Shown here: in pieces, positions 63,476 to 64,000 of the stretch
Layout: the number at the start of each line of letters is the position of its first letter
Position numbering within the stretch: the stretch's first letter is position 1
Assembly: GCA_964619505.1 (NCBI GenBank)
Contig: CAZUCK010000005.1
Span: 10,300-74,299, forward strand
Direction of reading: 5' to 3'
Length of the DNA stretch: 64,000 nt
Origin: an uncultured Fimbriimonas sp.
Lineage (GTDB): Bacteria > Armatimonadota > Fimbriimonadia > Fimbriimonadales > Fimbriimonadaceae
Program-made: the position numbers and the translations under genes
Notes under the pieces: generated by a model
Database searches by the model: none
The model's input: the letters and a program-made list of their open reading frames with translations, nothing else
What the model was told of the DNA's origin: nothing

Positions 63476-64000
63476 TCAACTGACTTCGACGGACTGGTAA
63501 CTGAAGATCAAACCCAGCTGCGCGCCTCGATGGTCGTGTATGTTGAGGTTCGGAAGCCGAAGACCCACCGGCACACAGCCGTTCAGTTTGAAGCGCGAGG
63601 TGGCATGTCCCGCCCCGTCGAATAGCGTGATTTGCATCGTCTTCTTCGTGCCCGCTTTGATTTGCCCCAACGCACCCGCCAAATCTAATGGGGTGAACGG
63701 CATCGACACCACCACCGTCCTGACTTTTTCAGCCGCTGCAGGGTTCGCCGCTAGATCGGGTGCAATCAATTCAATTCCATCCACCGCACTGACGTTCGCC
63801 ATCGCTGACCCGTCCAACAGGAGTGTCACCCCGTTCACAGGTCCGGTCGTCGCTGCGGGGCCAGATGGCAATGCAACAGAGGCCAATTTGGTTTGTGGTG
63901 CTACAGGGGTTGCCGTCACCGTAACATTCACGGTCCAAACGGTCGGGAATCCAACTGATGGGCTCCCGTTCACTTGCCCGACGTATCCGGAGGGCATATT
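63476..64000 (-). CDS. hypothetical beta-rich protein, probably partial (frame open to the right edge)
   Basis: ORF 63476..63997; the codon beyond the listed Met is not a stop, so the gene may start outside the window. Thr/Val/Pro/Gly-rich sequence with no family I can assign. Confidence 0.45.
   Translation of the reverse strand, partial: NMPSGYVGQVNGSPSVGFPTVWTVNVTVTATPVAPQTKLASVALPSGPAATTGPVNGVTLLLDGSAMANVSAVDGIELIAPDLAANPAAAEKVRTVVVSMPFTPLDLAGALGQIKAGTKKTMQITLFDGAGHATSRFKLNGCVPVGLRLPNLNIHDHRGAQLGLIFSYQSVEVS

Noticed and set aside
1-64000. CRISPR arrays, IS elements, rRNA or large tandem or inverted repeats anywhere in the window
   Set aside because: Visual scanning of all spacers longer than 100 nt (for example 9886..10154, 11283..11454, 20398..20536, 36003..36189, 43593..43782, 46759..47071, 52719..52916 and 60896..61183) showed no regularly spaced repeats. 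No transposase or integrase ORFs appear in the ORF track. A computational repeat search would be needed to exclude dispersed short repeats.

Overview
This is a GC-rich, densely coding bacterial chromosomal segment. I support about 55 protein-coding genes, one tRNA-Ser(UGA) and two pseudogenes. I saw no rRNA, CRISPR array, transposase, integrase or prophage block. GC content and taxon were judged by eye only and cannot be assigned without a database search.

Gene content is mostly core or envelope functions:
- A nucleotide-sugar and glycosyltransferase group plus glmS (2.7-8.9 kb).
- A UbiA / SDR / FAD-oxidase triad that looks like the decaprenyl-phospho-arabinose (DprE1/DprE2) pathway (11.5-14.5 kb).
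- An osmoprotectant ABC transporter, a VanX-type dipeptidase and glpX.
- DNA repair modules: Ku-LigD (NHEJ), SbcCD and MutL-RuvC.
- A PAS/GAF histidine kinase, a YdiJ-like FAD/Fe-S oxidoreductase and an adenylate-cyclase/STAND/TPR protein.
- prpB-prpC, kynureninase, crcB, an M3 peptidase, an amidase, an A-type Fe-S carrier and sufB.
- Several large secreted proteins with no family I can recognise.

Long antisense 'shadow' ORFs are frequent, as expected for GC-rich DNA, and were discarded.

The most unusual observations are:
1. At the left edge, a gene missed by the ORF track encodes a SigB/SigF-type sigma factor fused in-frame to a degenerate GGDEF domain (GETGF). The domain keeps a correctly spaced RxxD I-site. 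The gene sits just downstream of a stand-alone pilC.
2. The DPA-like triad has no arabinosyltransferase in view.
3. A frameshifted HNH endonuclease gene follows a low-GC spacer.
4. A crcB-coupled DUF190 gene keeps its frame over 101 codons but carries three in-frame stop codons.
5. An A-type Fe-S carrier has an extra Cys/Gly-rich tail, next to a solitary sufB.

I did not find a compact multi-gene cassette that convincingly looks like a new defence or mobile system. The sigma-GGDEF fusion is my best candidate for something undescribed.
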